Positions 1 to 12,428 of a DNA stretch of 48,125 nt are shown one piece after another; position 1 is the stretch's first letter; the number at the start of each line of letters is the position of its first letter. This DNA is from Proteromonas lacertae (lineage: Eukaryota). Position numbers and translations under genes: made by a program. The DNA is taken from assembly GCA_002245135.1 (NCBI GenBank), contig NGBS01000028.1:1-48125 (forward strand). The letters are read 5' to 3'. The notes under the pieces are model-generated. The model was given only the letters and a program-made list of their open reading frames with translations. It ran no database searches and had not been told where the DNA came from.

Positions 1-930
1 GATGATTGTAATGATTCATTAAAGGGTTTACATTCACTCCAATCTGATAATACTTTTACATCATCAATAAACACTCTAGCATTCATTTCATTACCAGTTT
101 GCATATAGAATGTATATTCACCAGCTGTTTCAATATTAATAAATCCATCCATTGTGCCATTAAATGATGTTATTACACCTGAAACAGATATATCCATCTT
201 ACTTTTCCATTGTTCAAAATCAGTTAATCCAGATAAATCATTCATTACACCTTCATAGAAGTCATAAACAGATATACCATCATAATAATCACCACATCTT
301 GTTGTTTCCAAATCATTGAATCTAACATAAATACCATTATTTAATATAGGATTTTCAACTTTAACAATTTCTATTTCAAATATACCAGTTCCAACAGCAT
401 TTCTAGCTTCAATAGTAATTTTCATATTGGTTTGAGGATTGAAATTATTAAATCTCAAATAAGGACCATCTTGAGTAATACCTTTCACATCTTTTGGGAA
501 AATTGACCATTCATTTCTGAAGCATCATCAGTGGATGTACAAACTATAACTGTATTAATGAGAGAAACGGTTGTTAGTTTAGAAACTCCACAATTTATAA
601 CTGGAGCAGACATGCCTAGGAAATTAAGGATTTAAACATACAAACAATTTTTAATCTGCAAACAGCTGCATCTTCTCTTCCTGCATTATATGTTATGGTG
701 TAATAGCCACTTGATTCAGCAATTGGAACTCCAGAAATATATCCACTGTTTAGGTCAAGTAATAACCTTCTGGTAATTTTTTATCAACAACATATAAACC
801 ATCTTTTAAATCAGTTGGTTTATTGATTGTAGCTTCTTCTCCAACTTTCAATGAAAATGATTATACTCATACTTGAAACTACCAACACACAATGAAGGCA
901 TAACATATAGTACTATTCATTTATAACAAT
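1..930 (-). pseudogene. Decayed paralog of the 5' part of the large Ig/PA14 surface protein gene (continues off the left edge)
   Basis: Aligns by eye to 22781-23730. Two 1-nt deletions relative to the intact copy (near 510-540 and 745-770) break the frame. They could be sequencing indels. Confidence 0.8.
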
Positions 931-2303
931 AATATTAATCATGAAACACAGATGCAATATCTGATTCAATCGCATACTCTATCAAGCTGACCTACAAATC
1001 TTTTTTTTTAATTCAGATTCAAATCAATTTAGTCTTTACTAACATATTTGGATATAATTCTACATCATGATAATTAGAAAAGAATGAGTAAATATATAAT
1101 ATGATGAGATTAAAAAAGAATGAAAAACTATCTTATATCAATACTTCTAATATATCATAGGTCAATTGTTTGAAATTAAACTATCTGAATGGTATTCATT
1201 AATCTGAAGGTTATATAAATAGACAAATAAAATCCAATTAAAAAAACTATAATCAGTATGATATTATAAATAAATCATAACCTTTTTTCTTATTTTCTCT
1301 GCATTTATTGAATAAATCAATAGATGGATTGCATAGACTAGTTTAACAATATATATATCTTTAGAAAATAGGTTTAAAACCAATTTTATCACTACAAATT
1401 AACTCAAATACATCTCCATCCAATATCATCACTGAAAATGTATTAAATATAATATAGTCAAATTGAATCACATTTATTAGAATAAGTGTTATTCCCACAA
1501 CATATAGTCATTGTATTATTAACTATTTCGTCTGTTATTGATAATTTTAAAGATATCAAGAAGCATATTGCAGTAATTACAAATAGAAATATTGTTGGCA
1601 AAGACGTAATTCCTATAAGTTAATACTTGTAAAGAAACTGACTCTCCACAATAAACACATATAATTGTTAATAATATCACATAAACTATTGTATTAGAGG
1701 ATAAACTCCTAACTCTTTTTTTGGATTTATACTAAAACCAATTCAATAAATACCATTATTTCATAACAACACCCATTGATGAGGATTTACCAAATGTTAT
1801 TATCGAAAACATCAGTAAAAAGCAAACATAATACCTATTCTTTATTATATCCTTGACTATACCACATTAATAGCAATAATAGTATATTGACCAATATTTC
1901 TAGGATAATGACTGTAACTAACACTTATTTCACTTATATTGTTTTTTAAATTTAGCCGTTTTTGAATAAATAGGTTATTAAGTCTTTTATAGCCTCATAA
2001 AATTGTAACGAATATAAATTTAATTAAATTTTAAAATCCAAAATTTTAATCAACAAACATGTTTATATATAAAATAGCATTATTATTATTATTATGTAGT
2101 GCAATTATATGATGATTGAATAAAATTTAAACCTGAAAATAAACATAAGAATATTGTCATAAGTGAAGATGGCAAATCGAATAAAAATAATGTTGGTGTT
2201 GGTAATAGTGGTAAAAATGCTTCTGTAAATTTGATCAAATATTGGAAAGAATAGAAAACAAAATAAAAAATGTAAATTTATATTTGTGTAATTTATTTAA
2301 TAA

Positions 2304-4689
2304 TTATTTACCTTTATGATGTTTATGATGTTTCTTCTCTTTTCTCTTACTTTCTTCATAAGGATTATCATCATGATTATTATATGGATAATTATAATAA
2401 TGATCATCTTTACCACCTCTTTCTAATATAAATGGAGCTTGACTATTACTTCCTACATTCAAATCTTCTGTTGTTCTTTCACCTAAATCTAAATCTAAAT
2501 TCACTATATTCTCACAATGATAACGAGGTGAAGCATCGTATACTTTACGACTTTTGGTGTAACTGCTTTCACATCTTCGACTATGATCATCACAGATTGG
2601 TTGTTTATATTTCATCTATTTATTAAATAATAATAATAATAATATATACATGACAATTAACTATATTTACTCTTGGTAACATATAATCATCTTGACCATC
2701 ATCCCATTTGGCTCGATTTTGAATATTCTCCACTTCATCTGGAGGTATAAAGTTTTTTATTATTAATTCTTTTAATTGCATTTGACGATTCAAATCACGA
2801 ATTATATCTAAAAAGTCTTCTTTCTCTCTATTCCATTCTGCATCTAAATCTTCCATTTCATTGTTTATTTCATCAATCTTATTTTGTACTTTTTCTAATT
2901 TCTTACTCTTCACTTCACATTCTTCATGTAAACTACTGAATTTATCTTGTAATAGTAATTTTCTTTCAGCTTCTTCGGCTAATTGTTGAGCGACCAATTC
3001 TTGCTCTTTTCTTTTTGCTTCTATCTCTGCTCGAACTCTTCTTAACTCTTTTTCTTGCTTTGCAGCAGCATCCATTACTTGACCACTTTCGATTAACTGC
3101 GCATTGATTTCTTTTAATCTTTTCATTAATTCATCTTTACTCTTCTTTTCGGCTTTTCGCTTTTTGTTTTCTTGTTTTACTTTTTCTTCTAATTCACTTC
3201 GCTCTTTTTCTGTTCGTTCTTTCTCAGCAACTAATTTCTTTATATCTTCAAGTGCTTGTTTACGAACATTCTCTTTCGCATTCTTTTTATTCATTTCAGC
3301 TTCTCTTAACTTCTCCTCAATCTCTTTTAATTTCATCTCATTTTCTTGTCGAGCTTTTTCTTCAAGCTTTTTTAATTCTTCTTCACTTACACCGACTTCT
3401 TTAACTACTACTTTTTCTATCACTTTTTCTTCGCTGATTACATTTCCATTACCATCAACAATTGGTCCTTCTATTCCACCAGCTCCACCTTCAGCTTCTA
3501 ATTGTTTTCTTAATCGAATAATTTCTTCTTGAAATTCTCTCAACATTGCATCTTTTGGATCTTCATTAATTAATGGTTTATTCTTTATTTTCTTAGCTCG
3601 ATCTGCATATCTCAATGTACTAATTGTTTCATCATAATTATAACCAGCTGGACCACAATTGGCACACATACATGTCTTGGTATTTCCACCTAAGGAATCT
3701 TGTAATAATCGAGTCAATTTACTATCTCTATAAGGAATATGCTTTGATTTTCCATCAACTAATGCTTCTATTACACTTCCCAGTGTTGATAAGGATAAAT
3801 TGATTTTAATACCTTCTAAACGACTATTTTAATAATAATAATAATAATAATAATAATATATATACGTTTGTCCTTCAGCTCCAGTCTTCGCTATTCTTTC
3901 ACTACCTGCTAAATCAACTAAATTTAGTTTACCAACTTTTATATGTTCACTTCCATCAGGTCCTTTTTCACTTTGTTCTACTATTATCGTAAAGATACTG
4001 TGACTTCGAGAACTGGTTGCATTCATTAATGTTGAAGCAGTACTTCGATTTGTTTTACCTCGTTGCATCCAACTATCGATTTCAGCTATGTTTTTAACTA
4101 CAGGACTTGTCAATCCTTCTACATATACTCCAGTATCAGGATTTTCATGAATTTTTAATTTTTGATTTGGATCTTTGGATAATAAGTCTTTCACTTCTTC
4201 ATTATATAATTCTAAGTAACTCGCATGAACTAAATATTTCTTTTCACCTGTATCATCGATTCCAATTGTATCAAATACTTGTTTGAAACAACGAGGCATC
4301 ACTCCTTTATCTTCAGCAGGATCAGATCGACCTTCCATTGTATGAGTTTTACCTGAACCAGTTTGACCATAACAGAATATTGTACCATTGTATCCTTCAA
4401 ATACATTATCCACGATTGGAGCACCGGTTTGTTCAAATACTTCTTGCTGAGTACAGTGACCATCAAATGTTGCATCAAAACTAAAAGTCTTGTCTTGATT
4501 TCGATCGCCTGAAGGATGAATTATTGTAATTGAATTATTCCTATTGTTAACTAGTGCAACTTCTTCATATCTATTTCACAGTATACTTTTTAATATTTTA
4601 TACCCTGCTTGTCTCTCCTTCGAGTTTAAAGGACGAACTCTCACTATCACTTTGATACATTCACTCTTCTGAGCAATACCAGCCTCCAT
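2304..4689 (-). CDS. KIF3: Kinesin-2 (KIF3/FLA10-type) motor subunit, 4 exons
   Basis: ATG at 4689 ([20 protein letters not shown]). Introns 4571-4603, 3824-3865 and 2616-2649 join the ORFs in frame. Motifs [21 protein letters not shown] and [16 protein letters not shown], a coiled-coil stalk and a kinesin-2-like tail (PRY..ENI..LDLD..ERTT). Confidence 0.92.
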
Positions 4690-5205
4690 TCTTAATTTTT
4701 TATTTTGATCAACATTCATGATTTATACAAAGATAAAAATCAAAAAATAAATTTCAATTTTCAAATCAGTTATTCAAATATATTTGGCTTGAGACAATAA
4801 AAAGTTCAAAAATTTGTCTATAACACATATTCAGTCAAATTAACAGATTTAGTCAATAAATATCATACTATTTGCATCGCTATAAATGTAATAAAAGTAT
4901 TATAAAAGTAGATTAATATAACTCTGATTAATAATTGTTCTTATAATGGCATTATGTTGATTATTGGATATTATTCTTCAGATAAATCACAGTTTTAAAT
5001 GCTATTTTATCAACATTTTTATATAATCTTTCTATAATTATTTATAATGTACGATATTTATTATGTATGTTTTAATATAAGGAATATAATAACTAAAATA
5101 CAGCATACAGTATATTAAGCGAGAAAATAACAACACTTCAAAACTATTTTGAAACGTCGAACCAAGATCGGTTTCTCTAAAAGATTTTCTCGTCTATCTT
5201 CGTCA

Positions 5206-6209
5206 ATGCTTTCTAGAATTCAAAGAATTCCAATAAAAAATTTATGTAGATTCAGTACCTCAGCTAAAGTTTGGATTAACAAAGATACTCGTGTAATATG
5301 TCAAGGTTTCACAGGAAAGCAAGTATAATAGTAACAAATGTGATAATAAATAGGGTACATTTCATAGTCAGCAAGCAATTGAATATGGAACAAAGATGGT
5401 AGGAGGAATTAGTCCAAAGAAAGCAGGAACAACTCATCTTGGTTTACCTGTGTTTAAATCAGTCAAAGAAGTATTATACTATTTATTATATCAAATTTTT
5501 ATAGAGTGTTGAAGCAGTTCATCCTGATGCCTCAGTTATTTATGTACCACCACCATTCGCTGCTTCCGCAATATTAGAATCAATAGAAGCAGAGATTCCA
5601 TTAATTGTATGTATTACTGAAGGTATTCCACAACATGATATGGTATATGTGAAACATTGTTTAAGAAGTCAAAAAGCAAGTCGTCTATTAGGTCCAAATT
5701 GTCCAGGTATAATCAAGCCAAATGAATGTAAAATTGGTATTATGCCAGGATATATCCATACTCCAGGTAAGATCGGAATTGTGAGTAGAAGTGGTACATT
5801 GACATATGAAGCTGTGTTCCAAACAACAGAAGCTAAACTTGGACAAAGTACTGTTGTTGGAATTGGAGGTGATCCTTTTAATGGTACTAATTTTATTGAT
5901 GTGTTGGAAAAATTCACAAATGATCCAGAAACTAAAGGTATTATAATGATTGGTGAAATTGGTGGAAGTGCTGAGGAAGAAGCAGCTGAATGGCTTCATA
6001 AATATGGAGATCATTCAAAGCCAGTTGTTGGATTTATTGCTGGAAGTACAGCTCCACCAGGTAGAAGAATGGGACATGCTGGTGCTATTATCAGTGGTGG
6101 TAAAGGTACTGCTGCTGGTAAAATAAAGGTAATGGAAGAAATGGGTATTCATGTTACAAGAAACCCAGCAAAAATGGGAGAAGAGATGTTAAAATATTTA
6201 AAACCATAA
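5206..6209 (+). CDS. SUCLG1: Succinyl-CoA ligase alpha subunit with N-terminal mitochondrial/MRO targeting peptide
   Basis: Starts [39 protein letters not shown]. Introns 5323-5353 and 5471-5504. Motifs [15 protein letters not shown] and RRMGHAGA (phospho-His). Confidence 0.97.
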
Positions 6210-6313
6210 ATAAATAACTGTTATTATTATTATAGGATGTGTATTTTGGCATAAATCAATATTTCAAAAAACTTGATCGTTTTATTTTATTTTTAAAAAT
6301 CATTTTTGCTAAT

Positions 6314-6846
6314 ATGAATTCTATGTTTGCTGAATTGGAAAAACAAAGAGGTGAAAATAATTACTCATATAAAAGAGGTGGATCTTCCAGATCAGTTGGA
6401 ACACAAGGTAAGTGTTTCAATTGTGGTGGTATTGGTCATTTGTATTGCAATAATATAATAATGTATTAATCAATAGAGCAAGAGATTGCCCATCTCAAAT
6501 TAGAAACTCTGGAAGAGGTGGAAGAAGTAGATATAGCAATAATAACAACAGAAATGTACAGTATAGAGGAAGAGGTGGAAGTAGAGGAAGGGGAGGCAGA
6601 GGAGGCAGAGGTAGGAGAAGTGGAAGAGAAGGAAAGAATCAAGAATCTTTAGATCATGAATTAGATTCATATTGGATGAAAGATCCAGAATCAGCATCAA
6701 AGAAATTAAATTCTGATTTAGATGATTATTGGGCAAAACCAGATGTAGCTTCACAGAATCAAGAAAATACAAATGGTAATGGAGAAGAAACAATTAAAAC
6801 TACAGAAGATAATACAGAAATAGAAGCAACAACAGAATCTGCATAA
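6314..6846 (+). CDS. Small RNA-binding protein: CCHC zinc knuckle + RGG tract + FoP/CHTOP-like duplicated C-terminal motif
   Basis: Removing intron 6442-6476 completes CFNCGGIGHLARDCP. It is followed by RGRGGSRGRGGRGGRG and LDHELDSYW...LNSDLDDYW. Stop TAA at 6844-6846. Confidence 0.8.
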
Positions 6847-6878
6847 ATAAATGAATAAATAAACATGAATTGATTAAT

Positions 6879-8182
6879 TTATTTAAAAATGTTTATTTTC
6901 TTCCAATAAATCACATTTCTTATTCCATAATTTACAGTACTCATTATTAATTTCATATTTGCATAAAATGAACTTTCTACAAACCAATATCTACACCACT
7001 GACTAGATCTTTTCACATTAATTCTATGTTTCAATGTATTAGTTGTTAAATTACATAATTCAGAATGTATATGGTTTGACTTATAACCTGGTTGTGGACG
7101 AGTAGATAATAATGGAATATATATTAAATTAGAGATAGTAGAGTGTATTTCCCAGTCCCACTGTACGAACATATATGGAAACATTTCAATAACGACGCTT
7201 TTACTCATTAACCATAAATGATTAATAATAGATGTACCATGAGGTGAAATATAAATATCTATTTGATTGGATAAGATTATTTGTGATTTAAACGTTAGAT
7301 GTTCAAATTCTATTCTATACACCTTTATATTATACAAATTTGATTTTTTTTCTAACTCTTTCAACATTTTGAAAATCATTTTATAATTTAAAGCATTTCG
7401 TATTCTATGTTCGCTAACATTCCTTCGAATCACAGCAATTATGATTGTTTTACTTAAATCACTTTGAATATATTGATTTTTATATTTATTCAAAATAGAA
7501 TCTCGAAATGATAATTTACTTTCAATTGATAAAAACATTCCGCCAAAACTAATAATTCTGTTGTAACCGACAATATTTAATTGTTTAAAACATATTATTG
7601 ATTTCAAATTCATCTCTTTATTAACATCTTCCCATTTCTTATAGATGATTGGAGGATTAAATTTTGATAAGAAATTATCTAGTAAAATTTTATTATATTC
7701 TATCTCAGTTTTACTATCGAAGGTAGGGTTATAAATTACTTTTAATTCTGGATAATGTGATGGATTCTTTAGAATATTGATTAGAAATGCATGATTATCA
7801 AGAAAATGACCTATATGCCAACTAATGTACTGAATTAACAACCAATTACCAGTTTCATTGTGATAATTTGTATATGCAAATGGAATTTTCATAACAATAA
7901 ATTCAAGATGATCAGAAAATGAAATATCAGTGTTTAAAGGATGATTATCGTCTTGAAAAAAAATCATTATTCCTCTTATTCGATCAATATCTGCCCTTCT
8001 GTAACAAACATTATAGAATATTCCCCACTCATCCGCTCCTGATGGAGTCGTAAACCAATCAATTTTTGAATATTCTTTTTCATTTGCAACTCTATCAGCC
8101 TAAAAAATCAAAATATACAAAAATATACATCACTAAGCTGCAGATTCAGTAGAATAATCAAAAATAAAAGTATTCCAAACAT
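6879..8182 (-). CDS. Glycosyltransferase family 61 (DUF563-like) with N-terminal signal/anchor
   Basis: ATG at 8182 (MFGILLFLIILLNLQLSD) and intron 8100-8128. GT61 signature FEHLTFKSQI...ISPHGTSIINHLWL..KSVVIEMFP. Confidence 0.82.
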
Positions 8183-8217
8183 CTTTCAAGCCACAATTTC
8201 AATTTGAATCTTTCAAT

Positions 8218-10096
8218 ATGCCAAGAGATAGAGAGTATGAAGATTAGATGTCGATATTTTTATATAGAGATCAGCCTTGGACCATTACAGAAGAAGAGGA
8301 GCTGTTAAGATTATACGAAAAGTATGCTCATATTGAAGACAAGAACGAAAGATATAGAAAAATAGCGAAACCTCTTCACAGAGGAAAAACTGAATGTTGG
8401 GAAAAATATAAACAACTGGTTCCAAAAAGTGTATGATTATCTGTGTTTATGAATGAAATAGAAAACAAAAAAATCTCCTAGAAAAGAAAATCCATTATTT
8501 GTTGTAGAAGATGATGAACCAAGAAGAACATCCGTAGAAAGACCTCCATCTCGTCAAATGATGGCAGATAATCTCCCACCAGGACCTTCTCAATCATTAT
8601 TACACTCCAGACCAATAGAAAGTCCAGTTGAAGATATGGAATTCTCAGCAGCAGCAAAAGTAATCGAAAAGAGAAAATCATCAACTCATAATAAATCTAG
8701 AGCGAGTAACAGCCATCATAGAGAAAGTCCTAAAGATGGATCATTCTTTGAATCAGTCAAAAAGCCATCAAAATACAGTAATAACCCTATCAATCGTCAA
8801 CGTAATCAAATGAGAGATGTTATTGATGTCGAAGATATAGAAGACTTTGATAATGATGAAGGAGAAGATGGTAAATATGATGAGGATAGCGTATCTCGTT
8901 TAAATGAATCATTTTCACCATCCAATGCTATTCGAAATACTAGTGGTTTTAAACCATTCAATATCAGTGAATATACCACTTATGATTTGGATATTGATCA
9001 AGAAAAAATGATCTTAAAATGTATATTAGGAAATGAAAGTCGTAGTTCGGATTTACCTGAATCCTGGCGAGAACAAGGGTTTTATTTTAATGATAAAATT
9101 ACTTATGGATTAATTCAAAACAATGGTGGTCCTTGTGGTGTGATTGGTGTAGTTCAAGCTTATGTTATTAAAAATTTACTATATACGAACAGTGAAGATA
9201 GTTATAATGCATATTCCAAAAAACTATCCGTTGAAGAAATGGATTTGAAATTACATGGTTCTTTTAATAAGACTATAATAATAGCTCAATCATTAGCTGA
9301 TATATTTTGGAAAGTGAGTGAGAATAATAATAACAATATGACGGAGTTATGTTTGCCTCATGGATATAAGAAATATAAATTTGTGAGTATAAGTAATAAA
9401 GAAATATTAAAAGTATATAATTTATATATGTTTTATTATTATTATTATTATTAGAGTGCAATCTTGTCCAATATATCCTACTTTACTGATCCTAAAGGTG
9501 ATGGAGTTCGTCTATTCCTTTACTCAATTATTACTTCACATGGTATAAAGAATATCAAATTCGATTGTGATTCAATCATCACAGAAAATTCACTAATTGG
9601 TAATCACAATTATGCTAATCAAGAATTAGTCAATCTTATTATTACAGGTTATGCTACAACTAATGTCTTCAACGGAACTAAAGATATTGGAGATAATACA
9701 ATATTGAAAGGTATTAACCATGTATCTGAAATTGGCTTTCTTACATTATTTGAACATTATAAGTACGTTGAATGTGGTAGTAATTATAAAGATCCAATAT
9801 ATCCAATTTGGGTGATATGTAGTGAAAGTCATTACTCTGTTTTCTTCAATATTGATGGCAAATACAGTGCTTTTAGAGTGGGAGATTCTTTTGATTTGTA
9901 TTATTATGATCAATTGATGAAAGCAGATGAAGAATATCGATTAACAGTTAAGATTGTTGATGATTTGAGTAAATGTGAAAAAGGAGAATGTGATGGCAAA
10001 TCTTGCCATTGTTTAATTCCTCCGATTGATTTTGTGATTAGAACTAAATGGAATAATGGAAGAGTTGATTGGAATTCTTCTGATCCAATTTTATAA
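8218..10096 (+). CDS. MINDY3/4-family (FAM188/DUF4205) deubiquitinase with N-terminal SANT/Myb-like domain
   Basis: Spliced from ATG 8218 via introns ~8235-8267, ~8431-8461 and 9413-9454. Catalytic motifs GLIQNNGGPCGV and PIWVICSESHYSVFF, plus FDLYYYDQL. N-terminus WTITEEEELL...RYRKIA..LHRGKTECWEKY is SANT-like. Confidence 0.85.
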
Positions 10097-10235
10097 ATTA
10101 GAATTGAGATGGGGAGTATATTATATAATAATTTGATAATTTCTTATATATATATATTTCTTAATAAGACGAAAATACATGTATAGAAAATAAATAAAAA
10201 ACATTAATTAAAAAACTTTTGACCTATTGATAATC

Positions 10236-10736
10236 TCAATCCCATTTTATTTGGAATCGTGTAACACGAGGCTTTTCTGCTAATATATTTCTTGTCACTT
10301 TTGGTATTTCAACAACTGGAGGGGGATTTTCTATTAAAAGAGGATCAGTATATTCATTATTTACGAAATAACCAACACGAACAAATTCTTGATCTTTATA
10401 ACTACATGTCAATATTATTACTGTAACTCCTAACAAACAATCTTGTGGAATCAATGCAGGATCAGGTGCATTTGCTTGCAATACAAATCTATGACAACCT
10501 TGTACAACTGGACCTACTAAAATTGTTTCTAGAACTTGATCATCTCTTTCTGACTCTGCACTTCCCACATATGTTAATTTCCATTCTAAATCTATTTATA
10601 TAGCACAAATATATTTTCTTTTTATACCATCTGATAAATCTCTTAAACACTCAAAAGTAATCTCTAATTGAAAAGGGTTTGTGAAAGCGCATGGATTATC
10701 TAATATGACAACATTTAGTAAATTGATAATTGACAT
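10236..10736 (-). CDS. ASF1: Histone H3-H4 chaperone ASF1
   Basis: Starts [30 protein letters not shown]. Intron 10592-10627, then [27 protein letters not shown] and [11 protein letters not shown]. Confidence 0.97.
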
Positions 10737-10788
10737 ATTGAAGCGTAATAATATTAAAAATTGATGATAAAATTAATAATTAAAAAAT

Positions 10789-10797
10789 GGCGCGAAA
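10789..10797 (-). promoter_or_regulatory. Candidate E2F/DP binding site TTTCGCGCC upstream of ASF1
   Basis: Exact E2F consensus about 50 bp upstream of the ASF1 ATG, in otherwise very AT-rich sequence. Confidence 0.5.
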
Positions 10798-11774
10798 TGA
10801 ATCAAATTTGAAGCTTGATTATTCTTTATTATGTAAATGAAATTGTCTAACACTTATACTAATTTATTCAACAATCTGTCATATTCAAGATGATATCAAT
10901 ACAAAAAATTGATATACTTCTTAAAATTCTCTAAATGAAGAATTTAAACTATTTATCATATTACTTTACAATATTTAATGTTTATTATTAACAATTTTTA
11001 CTTTTCATATACTTAAATTCCCTTATTACTATATTAATGCGAATTAACTTACCATTTGGTATATAAAGCATCATATTATGTGTTTCTTAAACATTTATTA
11101 ATCCCATTATTGATTTTAATTTTTATTACAACTAATATTAGAAATGTATATAGCTGTTTATATTTTTGTATAATACTTATATAGTGGCTAATTACGCCAA
11201 AATAGTATTTGATAGTAAATCTATATTCCAGATTAAGTGAAATGACAAATTGATTAGTTTCATTTTTTCATTAGAAGATATAGAAACAATATCTTCTAAA
11301 AGAAGTAGGACACTCTGGTCTTCAGTGGAACATTGAATCATATAGCTTAATACACAGGCTATACAGTAATTGCTGGTAATTTGATCCTTATATCTACCTC
11401 TGGAAATTACCAAATCATCATTTAAGAATTAACATATCTCTAAGTATGTACTAGCACTCATGTGAATTAAACCACTTTTCCCTAATCAATATGTTTTTAT
11501 TTATATTTTCTTTATAGTTATTACGTAATAACAAGAGTAAGTTAAACATAGAATTTTCTATAAAAGTATTGACCAAGAAAAATATACTAAAATATAAAAC
11601 GGATAAATTTATTAGATGAAACGGTATTATCATGTGTTGTATGCCGTTTGTCAGAGTTGGCCATTTGTCTATCAGACACTTTCAATACTTCTTTTACTTC
11701 CTTGAAATAGTTCTTAATAGGTTGTCTGTTATGCATAACAAACTTTGAAGGATTGAATGCCATAATATGATACT

Positions 11775-12397
11775 ATGACTTTAGGTTCTATTTCACAAGT
11801 GTTTGATATACTATTTCCTGATAGTACTGTTGGTGCAATATTAAAGTATTTAGTAAATGCAGGAATAGGATATAGTGGTGTTATGCAATGGATATTTGGT
11901 TTATCTCCAGCATGGGTTAATGCAGCATCTTTTGTATCAATGTTAACTCCTAATTTTGTCAGTTTGGTATATAATCGTTGGAAACAAGTATCTCCAATGG
12001 ATATGTCACAATGGATTCATTCTAAGTTACTGGGTTTCTTTACTACATCACTAAGTAATATATACAATTGGTTCAGAGGTATATTTGGTGCTACTCCTAC
12101 AACAACAAATTCGACGAGTGCGCCGGCCACTTCAAATATTCAAGCATCGAATGTTACAACTGGGGCCAGTTCTAATAATACAACTAATAGTATTACAACT
12201 GCCCCCAGTTATAATAATACAACTAATAGTACTACAACTGGGGCCAGTTCTAATAATACTACTTCAATACCTGCAACTGGGGCAGGTTATAATAATCAAA
12301 GTTCAAATGCTGCAAGTTACGCCGGAATGATGGCAGGTGCTGCTGCCGCCACGGCGGCAGCAGCCCAGCCAACATTCCAAAATAACACACAACCAAT

Positions 12398-12428
<31 letters not shown>

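Noticed and set aside
1300..2000. Possible decayed membrane-protein remnant on the minus strand
   Set aside because: It has multiple stops and no recognisable motif.
3824..3865. Poly-Tyr/Ile ORF tails (YYYYYYY, IIIII, YIYIYI)
   Set aside because: These come from read-through into (TAT)n or (AT)n introns.
11192..11763. Short minus-strand ORFs (11192-11413 and a ~58-aa ORF starting at 11763)
   Set aside because: No recognisable family or convincing splice model.
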